Shown piece by piece: positions 8,891-17,895 of a stretch of 32,791 nucleotides of DNA. The position numbers and the translations under genes are program-made. Location of the stretch: contig JBGCFM010000091.1 in the NCBI GenBank assembly GCA_045106895.1, positions 1 through 32,791 on the forward strand, given 5' to 3'. The stretch's first letter is position 1, and each line of letters starts with the position of its first letter. This DNA is from Polyangiales bacterium (GTDB lineage Bacteria > Myxococcota_A > Polyangia > Polyangiales > Houyiibacteriaceae). The notes beneath the pieces are model-generated. The model did not search any database. It was not told the DNA's origin and was given only the letters and a program-made list of their open reading frames with translations.

Positions 8891-10431
8891 TCAGACCCCT
8901 CCCCCTCAGTGGCTTCGGCTGGCGTTGCCAGTCGTTCGCGAAGTGCGGCGATGGCCGTCTCAGCGACCTTGCCCACAGTTTCAATCTCACGGCTCGCCCA
9001 GCCGTCGCCGACGACGGCCGTTCGGTCCGACACGAGCCGCTGCATCTTGGCGATGTCCGCTTCTGTGCCACGTCGCGCGATGAAGTTGAGAGCGATGACT
9101 CGTCGGTACCACTCACGTGCGCTGAGCTGACGCTCGATGACTTCGACGGGCTGTGGCGTCATCTGGCTCATCTGTGTCGCGTAACCTTCGAGCTCCTGCG
9201 GCAGGTAGTCCACGTCACTGTCCGAAGGAAGCTTCGACAAGAACTCAGTGACGACGTCCGCTCCGCCGAGGGACAGCACGAGCTCACCCGCACGCCAGCG
9301 CTGGCGGTTCGACGCCGTCTCCCCGTTCTGAACGAGCGGCCAAAGGCGCGGAATCGCGTCGCGGGAACGAATGTCGCCGATGCGGTCGAAGGCGTAGTCC
9401 TGAACAGCTGGGTCGCTGAGCGCGAGGTCCAAAAGCTGTGAGAGCTGAGCCTCCGTGGCGTTGCCTTGGAGCGCCATCAGGGCGCGCTGTCGACGCGTGT
9501 TGATCGCCTCTTGGGAGGCAGCGTTCATCTCCGGGTTTGGGGCAGCGAGAGCGACAACCATGAGCCGGTTTCGGACCGCTTCGACACCCGCAAGGTGCTT
9601 CATGGCAGGGATCGCGCCGGTGTTGATGAAACCTTCGCGGTTCACGAGGGCGATGTTTGTCACGCGACCATCTTCGGCTTCTCGACCCTGCGATTCCAGG
9701 CTCTCGGTGATCTTTGACTTCAGCCAGTCGATGAACTCCTGGCCTTCCATGGCCGTCTCGATCTCGACGAGGCGGGCGCCCGCAAGGGCCTTCGTTTCGT
9801 CGTCGCCGATCTGCCCGATGAGCTCAGCGATTTTCACCAGAGCTTGCTGTGGAACTTCATAGGACATCGCGTCCACAAGCTGTCGGGCGGCGGGCGCACC
9901 GAGGGAACGAACAACCTGTTCGACGGAGTAGTTACCGGCGAGGGAGCGGTTCGCGAAGTCACGCGAGTACCAACCGACGACGGCGGAAACGAGACTGCCT
10001 CGTGTCTCCGCTGTGGCGTGTGAGATTAGAAAGTACGCGCCATCTTTCGCGCGAATCTGTTGGAGTGGTGGCCCAAGGTTTTCGTCTTGTTCAGCGCCTT
10101 CTCCTTCCATCATCGCGATGAGTCCCGGCGCCATGCCGTCGACGATGGCGTGCGTCGCTTCTTCGTCCTGTCGCGCGAGTCGTTGAATGGCCTGCTGAAG
10201 CAGCTCCACGCCGTCTTCGTCGGTGCGCTCCATTTCGATCAAAGCGAGACCGGCTTCGGTGCGCAGAGAAATATCGTAGCGGTCCGCTAAGACGACCGCG
10301 ACGATCTTGCCGGGCCCTTTTACGGTGCCCTTCCAATACGCGATATCCTCAGAGGTGACTTTACAGCCCGAAAGTGCCCCGAAGGACAACGCAAGGACAA
10401 GGCAGGTGAACAGGGGGCGGGGTGCGTGCAT
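8887..10431 (-). CDS. Putative lipoprotein, all-helical (HEAT/ARM-repeat-like)
   Basis: Lipobox LSG-C. HEAT-like segments (RTEAGLALIEM, RQRALMALQG, VQDYAFDRIGDIRSRDAIPRL, RWRAGELV). 514 aa. Confidence 0.8.
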   Translation of the reverse strand: MHAPRPLFTCLVLALSFGALSGCKVTSEDIAYWKGTVKGPGKIVAVVLADRYDISLRTEAGLALIEMERTDEDGVELLQQAIQRLARQDEEATHAIVDGMAPGLIAMMEGEGAEQDENLGPPLQQIRAKDGAYFLISHATAETRGSLVSAVVGWYSRDFANRSLAGNYSVEQVVRSLGAPAARQLVDAMSYEVPQQALVKIAELIGQIGDDETKALAGARLVEIETAMEGQEFIDWLKSKITESLESQGREAEDGRVTNIALVNREGFINTGAIPAMKHLAGVEAVRNRLMVVALAAPNPEMNAASQEAINTRRQRALMALQGNATEAQLSQLLDLALSDPAVQDYAFDRIGDIRSRDAIPRLWPLVQNGETASNRQRWRAGELVLSLGGADVVTEFLSKLPSDSDVDYLPQELEGYATQMSQMTPQPVEVIERQLSAREWYRRVIALNFIARRGTEADIAKMQRLVSDRTAVVGDGWASREIETVGKVAETAIAALRERLATPAEATEGEGSE

Positions 10432-10584
10432 CGCGTTGTCGATACCGTTTTATGGGGGAAGGGGGTCGCAGACGTCTGCGGGCTGATAGTAGACAGATCC
10501 CCTGTAGGATCAAGAGTTTCGGCCTCTTGTCCGCACCTCTCTTCCCACGGGGGCAATCCGAACAACGGGCCTTCTGGCGCTTTC

Positions 10585-10614
10585 TTGACGCTGTAGCTTT
10601 GGATCCTCTAGACT
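10585..10614 (+). promoter_or_regulatory. sigma70-type promoter upstream of ftsK
   Basis: TTGACG-N18-TAGACT, then AGGA RBS at 10621 and TTG start at 10635. Confidence 0.55.
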
Positions 10615-10634
10615 ACATGTAGGACGGTGCACAC

Positions 10635-13232
10635 TTGAGCGTACAAAAAGCTACATCGGCTCGAAGCCCTTCTACGGGCGATTTGCTGGGAATCGGAGAC
10701 GGAAGTCGACGTCGTGAGGTCTTAGGACTGGTCACTTCTGCGGCAACCATCCTGTTGGCCCTGGCTCTCTGGTCGTACGAACTGAACGCCGAGACGGGCC
10801 TCATTGGTCCCGTTGGGATCGGGCTCGCGAATCTCGTGGTGTCGGCATTTGGGATCGTCGCCTGGGTTCTTCCCTTCGAGCTCGCCAGCGCGACGTGGCG
10901 GCTCTTTCGAGGCAAAAAGGGACTCCTTGGCGTGGCGACGGTGGCGTCCACCCTCGTGATCGTGCTCATCGGCTGCGGAATGCTGCACCTCGCCTTTGGC
11001 GAAACGCGTGTGTTTGGCGGCCACCTTGCGGGAGGCGTCCTCGGCGAAGTCCTCGGCGAAGTGCTGCGCAGTCTTCTTGGGCTCGCCGGCGCGTACGTCG
11101 TCGGCACGACGATCTTGTTGATCACTCTTGTGCTTCGAACGCACGTCTCCGTCATCGCCGGCGTTCGCTTCGCCAGCCGCAAGGCTCATGAGGCCACCGC
11201 GCGAATGCGTGAGGGCTTCGGTGCCATCGCGGATGCATGGCGCGAAGCGCGCGAGCTCGAACGACTCAGTCGCGAAGAGCGCGAAGAAGCGGCTCAGCCG
11301 GTCATCCATATGGACGACGAGGAGTACGATACGGAGTCGGACTTCGAAGACGAAGATACCGAGCTTGGCGACGAAGAGTACGAAGACGCGGAAGAAGAAG
11401 GCGACGAGTACGAAGAGACGGAAGCCAGCGACGAAGAGTACGAGTACGAAGACGACGAAGAAGAGTACGAGGACGAAGAAGAAGAGTACGAGGAGGAGCT
11501 CGACGCCGAGCTCGAAGACGAAGAAGAAGAGTTTGAGGAAGAGGAAGAACCTGCGCCTATCAAGGTGACCAAGGCGAAGACTTCCAAGAAGAAGGCGAGC
11601 CCGAGCAAAGCAGACGGTCCGCGCATTATCGCCCCTTCGGACACGCGCTTGGCTCCGACCAAGGTGCCACAGCCTGTGGAGGATCCGACGGGTCGTCACC
11701 GGCCCTTCATTCTTCCACCGGTCGATCTCCTGACGCGTCCGCCGGCGAACCGAATTCGTGTCGACCCTGCGGTGCTGCGTGAGAATGCGGCGATCCTCAC
11801 GGAGAAGCTCGAGTCCTACGGCGTGAAGGGCCGCGTCGACGAGATTCATCCTGGCCCCGTGGTCACGATGTACGAGTTCGAGCCGAAGAGCGGCACGAAG
11901 ATCTCGAAGATCGCGGGACTTGAGAACGACCTCGCCCTCGCGTTGGCTGCCCAGAAAGTGCGCATCGTCGCGCCGATTCCCGGCAAGGCACGTGTCGGCA
12001 TCGAGCTGCCCAATGACGACCGTCAGATCGTCTACTTGCGCAGTATCCTCGAGGACCAGCGCTGGGAAGACCACAAGGGCGCGCTGCCGATTGCGCTCGG
12101 CAAAGACATCGAAGGTCAGCCGGTCTACGGCGACCTTGCGAAGATGCCTCATCTCCTCGTCGCGGGTGCGACGGGCGCAGGTAAGTCCGTCGGTCTCAAC
12201 GTGATGCTCGCGAGCATGCTCGCCAAGAAGACGCCGGAAGAATGCCGCATGCTCATGATCGACCCGAAGGTCGTCGAGCTCGCGGTCTTCGATGGCATCC
12301 CGCACATGCTCCTGCCCGTCGTGACGGACATGAACAAGGCCGCGCTTGCGCTCAAGTGGGCCGTGGACGAGATGGAACGTCGCTACCAGCTCTTCGCGGA
12401 TGCTGGAGCGCGCAATATCACCACGTATAACAAACGCGTCGACAAGGTCCTCGCTGGCGAACTCGCGCCTGAGAAGCTCATGCGAAGCAAAGCCGGCAAG
12501 GTGCGCGGCATGGACATGCACGGCAACGAGGTCGTCGCTGAACCGACGGGTGAAGAGAAACCCACGGAGCTGCCAACGCCGGAGAAGCTCCCCTACATCG
12601 TCGTCGTCGTCGACGAGTTCGCCGACCTGATGATGGTCGCTGCCAAGGACGTCGAGGCCTGCATTGCGCGCTTGGCTCAGAAGGCCCGTGCCGCTGGACT
12701 GCACGTGATTCTCGCGACGCAGCGACCTTCCGTCGACGTCATCACCGGCATGATCAAGGCGAACTTCCCCGCTCGAATGGCCTTCAAGGTCAGCCAGCGT
12801 GAGGACAGCAAGACCATCCTCGGTCGTGTCGGCGCGCAGAACCTCCTGGGGCGTGGCGACATGCTCATGATCCCGCCGGGCTCAAGTGAGCTCAAGCGCG
12901 TCCACTGTGCTTATATCGATGAGGACGAAGTGCAGGCCGTGTGTGATCACCTGCGTGAGCAGGGCAAGCCCAAGTACGACGAGAACATCCTCAAGCCACG
13001 CGAAGACGAGAGCAGCGGAAATAAAGCGGACACCGACAACCCGCTCTACGACAAGGCCGTCGCCGTCGTGGCGCAGGCCGGCTACTGCTCGATCTCGCAC
13101 CTCCAACGGCAGCTCAGCGTTGGCTACAACAAGGCCGCGAAGCTCGTCGACGCGATGGAAGCCGAAGGCGTTATTGGGCCCGCGAGCCGCAAGGCCGGTG
13201 GTCGTCGCGAAGTGTTCGTGCAGCCGCTTTAG
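10635..13232 (+). CDS. ftsK: DNA translocase FtsK
   Basis: N-terminal TM domain, GPVVTMYE, RIVAPIPGK, Walker A GATGAGKS, Walker B VVVVDEFADLMM, ATQRPSVDVITG, LLGRGDML, and C-terminal gamma domain SISHLQRQLSVGYNKAA. Confidence 0.97.
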   Translation: MSVQKATSARSPSTGDLLGIGDGSRRREVLGLVTSAATILLALALWSYELNAETGLIGPVGIGLANLVVSAFGIVAWVLPFELASATWRLFRGKKGLLGVATVASTLVIVLIGCGMLHLAFGETRVFGGHLAGGVLGEVLGEVLRSLLGLAGAYVVGTTILLITLVLRTHVSVIAGVRFASRKAHEATARMREGFGAIADAWREARELERLSREEREEAAQPVIHMDDEEYDTESDFEDEDTELGDEEYEDAEEEGDEYEETEASDEEYEYEDDEEEYEDEEEEYEEELDAELEDEEEEFEEEEEPAPIKVTKAKTSKKKASPSKADGPRIIAPSDTRLAPTKVPQPVEDPTGRHRPFILPPVDLLTRPPANRIRVDPAVLRENAAILTEKLESYGVKGRVDEIHPGPVVTMYEFEPKSGTKISKIAGLENDLALALAAQKVRIVAPIPGKARVGIELPNDDRQIVYLRSILEDQRWEDHKGALPIALGKDIEGQPVYGDLAKMPHLLVAGATGAGKSVGLNVMLASMLAKKTPEECRMLMIDPKVVELAVFDGIPHMLLPVVTDMNKAALALKWAVDEMERRYQLFADAGARNITTYNKRVDKVLAGELAPEKLMRSKAGKVRGMDMHGNEVVAEPTGEEKPTELPTPEKLPYIVVVVDEFADLMMVAAKDVEACIARLAQKARAAGLHVILATQRPSVDVITGMIKANFPARMAFKVSQREDSKTILGRVGAQNLLGRGDMLMIPPGSSELKRVHCAYIDEDEVQAVCDHLREQGKPKYDENILKPREDESSGNKADTDNPLYDKAVAVVAQAGYCSISHLQRQLSVGYNKAAKLVDAMEAEGVIGPASRKAGGRREVFVQPL
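11310..11549 (+). repeat. Low-complexity acidic tract in the FtsK linker
   Basis: About 80 codons, mostly Asp/Glu with periodic Tyr; recurrent GAAGAGTACGA units. Confidence 0.85.
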
Positions 13233-13262
13233 GCCCGCGTACGGAAACCAAGAAAGCCAACA

Positions 13263-13574
13263 ATGAACAAGAGCCATCGTATAGGACTCATCTTCGCTGC
13301 AGTGGCGCCACTCGTTGCGCTGCTGGTCTTGGGTTGCGGACCAAAGCCCGCCTCAAACCGCAGCACAATTCCTAGGGACAACGTCAACCAGTGTGTCTCG
13401 CTTTGTGGCTCCGCCGGTCTTGAGTTGCAGTCACTTGTGATCGTCGCAAACCAGACCGGCTGCGTGTGTTCTCCACCGAGTGTGCAAAGCGCTGCTGGAG
13501 CCGCTGCCGCGGCCTCTGGTGGTGCGGTTGCTGTGCTTATCGCTCAGACACAGCAACAACAGCAGCAGCGCTAG
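13263..13574 (+). CDS. Small putative lipoprotein with two Cys pairs and a poly-Gln tail
   Basis: Signal peptide ending VLG-C, then CVSLC and CVC, an Ala-rich hydrophobic stretch and QQQQQQR. Confidence 0.65.
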   Translation: MNKSHRIGLIFAAVAPLVALLVLGCGPKPASNRSTIPRDNVNQCVSLCGSAGLELQSLVIVANQTGCVCSPPSVQSAAGAAAAASGGAVAVLIAQTQQQQQQR

Positions 13575-13598
13575 CCTCGTAGTCAGGGATACAGGCGC

Positions 13599-15244
13599 TC
13601 AATCACGCAGGACTATCACGCGTACCGTTGCATCCACGCCGTTAGAGACGAAACCTAGGCGCTGAGGGAAGCCAGCTCTGCTTTCTGTGGCCACCAAGGA
13701 CCATGCACCATCGATCACCTGCGACCGAATGACTTCGTTGGCGAGTGAGTACCAAGTTAGACGCGTCATTGAGCCCGCGTCTTCTGATTCGACACTTGCA
13801 ACGACCAGTTCGTCGTTCAACATTTGCATCGAGCTTGGCTCATCAAAAGTAGCGCTCCAAACGAGCTGACTCGGGGAGAGCGCGAGAAGAGTCCAACCGG
13901 CTCCCGTAGCGGTACCGTTCGCCGCGCCGTTCGCGATGGCGAGCGAGAGATCGCTCGTGTGTCGGACTAAAACGAACACGTTGGAGGTTCGAACGAAGAA
14001 GGACACAACCTCTTCCTCGCCAGGACCGCCGAAGTGGTAGGTTTGGGTTAGGTTGTCTCCTCCTGAGCTGCAGCTTGCTGTTGCGTCCTGTTCGCCGCGC
14101 ACGGCGTAGACCGCGGCCGTCGCTGGGGTCGTGTTGTAGGCCGTCCACGTTTCTGCGAAGGAGGCCGAAGCGCAGCGCAGCTCGCCGTCGCCACGCACGA
14201 GTAGGTCGGACACGCGGCCCACGGACTCGCCGAGAATGCGTCCTTCTAGGAACCACCGCCCCGGCATATCTTCCGAAAGAAAAGAGAGTGTGGTGCCACG
14301 GATGCCCATGGCGAACCCAGAAGCTGTAGGACCGGCTCGTTCCACAACGACGGTGTCCTCGCCTCCGATTTGGCAGACGAGCAAATGATTGTTGGTCCCT
14401 TCGGTCACGGAGGACCCTCCATTGAGAAGCGTGAAAGGTCCCTCATCGGTGGAAAGCGCAATGCAGGCATGGTCCTCGAAATAGCCGCCGCCGCCAGCGA
14501 TGGGCGTCGTGGGCAGCGAGCCAGAAGCTGCTTGAGCTGTGTAGGTGCCGAGCGGCGCGGTGTCTGGCCACGCCCGCGTCAGATGCGTTGCACTATCCGA
14601 CGTGCCGTAAAGAACGAGAGCACCTTCTGCGAAGAAGCCGCGTCGAAGGAACGCATCCGTGGGTAGGTCGAAGATGTCAGAGAACCAACAAGCGTCGTCC
14701 GTGCACGCTCCTGAATCGGCGTTGCCTACGTCCGGTGCTGCGGCATCGGACATTCCGCTCGTATCTTCTACCGCCGCATCCATCATACCGGCATCGCTTG
14801 AGTCGCCCGAACAGGTGCTCGTGTCGAATGCGAGGAGGCTGCTCGGTGGACGCATTTGTGTCGGTCCACATGAGCCCGGCGTGCATGCGATAAGCTCCAA
14901 CTCGGCGACACGTATCTCGCCCTCGACGAAGCCTGTTTCGAGCTCCCGCGAGGCGACTACCGACCCTGCGTCGCGAAGCACGACGCGCGCGGTGAAGGTT
15001 CGGCTGGCGTCGTCATCGCGGGGGACCACGGCGATGCAGAGCGGAAAGGCGTCGCGCCGTGCGGTCTCTGTGACGTCTTGCGACTCGTCCTCGGCTCCAT
15101 CGTGACTTGCACCTCGTATTCGTTCGCGTCGAGGCCTGAGCCAAGGGAGACGCGGACCATGGTCTGGCTGGGAGTATCGTCGCCGCACGCGACACTCAGC
15201 GTCAGAACGAGAAGGGCGATCAGTGATCGAAATGAATGAATCAT
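13599..15244 (-). pseudogene. Frameshifted myxobacterial-type lipoprotein (about 548 aa if repaired); pseudogene or sequencing indel
   Basis: ATG 15244 gives signal/lipobox SVA-C and ...EYEVQVT. The sensible continuation DGAEDESQDV...FPLCIAVVPRD...GFVEGE lies in another frame from about 15101 to stop 13599 (one base missing). Contains a DAG/DAA linker and a beta-rich C-terminus. Confidence 0.75.
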
Positions 15245-15795
15245 GGCGCGCCCAGGGCTTGGAACGTTGGACCAAAGTTGCCCGGCGTGGGCTCACCGCC
15301 GCCTCCCGTCAGAACGATGGCGAGGACCACTCCAACGATGACGACGACACCTGCCACGCTAAGCCCCACGACGAGTCCTGTCTTCGAGCCGGATGATTCA
15401 TCGACGGAGATGGCGTCGTCGTTTGGAAGCTCGTGAACCCGTAAGTCCAGACCGCGAAGGACTCGTACACGTGCCTGCACTTCGTTGTACTATGCGTGGC
15501 TCTCGTCCACGCCTTCTAAGAAGGTCTCAAAAGCTTCAAGCGCCTCTGCGTCTCGTCGAAGCCGGTCTGCGGAGAGTCCAATATTGTATTGAAGCTCCGG
15601 CAAGGGGCTGACTTCTGCCGCGAGCCGAAAGTAGCGGAGCGCGTCTTCGTAGCGGGTGTCATCGTACGCTGCTTGTCCCGCCGCAAAGAGCGATTGTGCC
15701 TCGACGGTCGTCGAGTCGTTCGCCGGGTCTGTTGCTTCTTGGGCGAGAGCCGCCGTCGCATTGAGCACGATGAGAAACGCCAATAGAATGCGCAT
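15241..15795 (-). pseudogene. Secreted TPR protein with C-terminal TM helix, interrupted by an in-frame TAG
   Basis: Signal peptide and TPR (AQSLFAAGQAAY...YNIGLSADRL). TAG at 15490-15492 is followed in frame by YNEVQARVRVL...GLVVGLSVAGVVVIVGVVLAIVL. The stop overlaps the next ATG (ATGA, 15241-15244). Confidence 0.8.
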
Positions 15796-15866
15796 GCGCA
15801 GAGACTACCAGGAGGATGCTCTATCGTCGCAGGTGCAAAACGGTCCGGGTTTGGGCACACTGAGTC

Positions 15867-17081
15867 GTGGTCCACGCCTTCGGTCGCCTGCTCTTGATCG
15901 TCGCTCCGCTGGCTTCCCTGGCCTTGGCGTGCGTCGACACCCCTGACCCGATGGACGCGGGCCTTGGAGACGTCGCCGATGTCGCTCCGCCGCGCAGTGA
16001 GGAAGAGATCACCGACCGACTCTTCTTTGAATCGCAGATGCGAGAAGGGCGCCTCCCGGGCCTGGCTGTCGCGGTGGTTGGGCCCGAAGGAATCCTCTGG
16101 TCTTCGACCTACGGCGTCAGCGACGTCGCCACCGGCGAGCTCGTCCAGGAAGATACGCTTTTCGGCGTCGCCTCGGTCTCAAAGCTCGTCGTTGGCCTCT
16201 TGCTGATGCAGTCCGTGGAGGCTGGTGAACTCGCGCTTGGGGATGACGCGGAGCAGCACCTTTCTCACACGCTCAGTCACCCGCTGCATCCGAATGAGGC
16301 GATGAGCGTTCGTTCTCTTGCCACGCACACCTCCGGCATTCGTGACAGCTTGAGCCTCTTCGTTCGCGGATTCGTCGATGGGGACCCAGAAGAGGACCTC
16401 GGCGTGTTCACACGCAGCTATGTGGAAGACGGCGGCGGCTTCTACTCGTCTGAGAACTTCGGCGAAGAGGCACCAGGGGCGAGCTACGCCTACGCGAATA
16501 TGGGCTTCGCGCTTCTCGGGCACGCCCTCGAAGGCGCAACCGGCCGTGACTTTCGTTCGCTCTCCGCCACCCTCCTCGAGTCGCTCTCGATGGACGGGCG
16601 TTTCTTCCTCGCGGACGTTGACCCCGCTCGACTCTCTGTCTCTTATGGAGCAGGCGTGGACTCTTACGACTCCGTTCAGACGGGGACGCTCTACTACCCA
16701 GCCGGCGGTCTCATGGGCAGCCTCGAGGACATGTCGCGTCTCCTCCGAGTGTTCATGAATGACGGCGAGCTGGACGGCGTGCGCGTTGTCGAACCCGAGA
16801 GCGTCGCGCTGATGGAGCAGGTGGCGAACCCTTCACTCAACGCGCGACGCGGCGTTTCCATGAACAGCACGCTCATCGAAGGCGTGTCCATGCACGGTCA
16901 CAACGGGGCGGGCGTAGGCTCGTCGGCGGATGTTTGGTACGGGCCAGACTTTGGCGTCGTGGTGTTATCGAACTCGAACGCGTATGTACGCCGGCGTCTT
17001 GGAGACGATACGGGATCCGACACGATGAGCGCGATCCGCGCGTATGTGACGCGACGCGCTCTGCAGCTCGTCGGTGACTAG
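15867..17081 (+). CDS. Serine hydrolase, beta-lactamase-related (AmpC/esterase family), putative lipoprotein
   Basis: SxxK in ASVSK, LATHTSGI, YxN in YAYAN, HxG in GHNG; lipobox ALA-C. Confidence 0.9.
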   Translation: MVHAFGRLLLIVAPLASLALACVDTPDPMDAGLGDVADVAPPRSEEEITDRLFFESQMREGRLPGLAVAVVGPEGILWSSTYGVSDVATGELVQEDTLFGVASVSKLVVGLLLMQSVEAGELALGDDAEQHLSHTLSHPLHPNEAMSVRSLATHTSGIRDSLSLFVRGFVDGDPEEDLGVFTRSYVEDGGGFYSSENFGEEAPGASYAYANMGFALLGHALEGATGRDFRSLSATLLESLSMDGRFFLADVDPARLSVSYGAGVDSYDSVQTGTLYYPAGGLMGSLEDMSRLLRVFMNDGELDGVRVVEPESVALMEQVANPSLNARRGVSMNSTLIEGVSMHGHNGAGVGSSADVWYGPDFGVVVLSNSNAYVRRRLGDDTGSDTMSAIRAYVTRRALQLVGD

Positions 17082-17271
17082 GACCACTCGAACCTCTCCG
17101 AGGAGCACACTGCACTTGGGGGAGATAGTCACAACGCCGCTAGTGAACTCCAGGTGCGTATCGTACTCTCTCTGCGTGGATGACAAATGGGTCGAAGCGA
17201 ACCTTTCGCGGGTGCACGCCATCAAGCGTGGTCTCATTCTAATCTTGCAGGAGTCCTGGCCCGAGGAGAGC

Positions 17272-17724
17272 GTGATCTATCGCCTCGAGCAAGACCACGA
17301 AAGCCACGACGCGTGTCACCTTCTTCGCGCCGTGTGCGTGGAACTCAACGCTCGCTATCCGACCCTTCGTTTGTTCTGGAAAGACGAAAACCTACGCTGG
17401 CTCGGCGGCTGCGCGCGCTTCGCTCAAGACGCCGGGGGGACGGACGCTGCGGATCTTATCGGCCTCAGCGACGACTCTCCGGGTGTTCCGTTTCAACGAC
17501 AGGCAGCGAAGTACCATCGTGACGACCGCAAGGTGATGAAGATCGGGCACGCCTACAACATCGTCGAACGACAAGACCGCGACGAGAATGTTGTGGCATG
17601 GCTGCGGACGAGCAAGGTCGCCATCCATGATGGCGAGAGAGTCTGCGGGCTGGTGGGTGGGTACGATGAAGTGGATGTCGCCACGGTGCGCCGAATACAG
17701 TCGAACCCGCCGAACAAGCGTTAA
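17272..17724 (+). CDS. Stand-alone PAS (PAS_4-like) domain protein
   Basis: FWKD...WLG...FA.DAG...DLIG..D...QAAKY..DD.KVM...WLRTSK pattern. GTG 17272 follows GAGGAG; the ORF is open from 17074. Confidence 0.75.
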   Translation: MIYRLEQDHESHDACHLLRAVCVELNARYPTLRLFWKDENLRWLGGCARFAQDAGGTDAADLIGLSDDSPGVPFQRQAAKYHRDDRKVMKIGHAYNIVERQDRDENVVAWLRTSKVAIHDGERVCGLVGGYDEVDVATVRRIQSNPPNKR

Positions 17725-17895
17725 CGGCCCTTTGAGGCCTGCCCAACCGGCTGTTTAAACCACGCCGTCGAATTGCTGTTTACGTTCACGTGCGCTCCGC
17801 GACCGAGAGGGACGCGTGCAGCCACCTACTGTCCGCGCGGCGTAACGAAGAATCGAGCGAGGACGACGATGGCCCAGAATAGACCCCGAAGCGCG

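Noticed and set aside
10722..12704. 660-aa antisense ORF with a Phe/Leu/Val-rich pseudo-TM stretch
   Set aside because: Mirror of ftsK; the hydrophobic run is the reverse complement of the GAA/GAC acidic tract.
15102..15296. N-terminal 65 aa of the 565-aa ORF 13599-15296
   Set aside because: Arg-rich nonsense overlapping two better frames; the real N-terminus is the lipoprotein signal starting at 15244.
15490..15492. Genome-wide TAG reassignment
   Set aside because: Conserved genes such as ftsK, the BVMO, the RND permease and the SLT end at TAG at their expected C-termini.
15867..17081. Calling the serine hydrolase a true beta-lactamase resistance gene
   Set aside because: The SxxK, YxN and HxG motifs are shared with esterases and peptidases; the class C KTG motif is absent.
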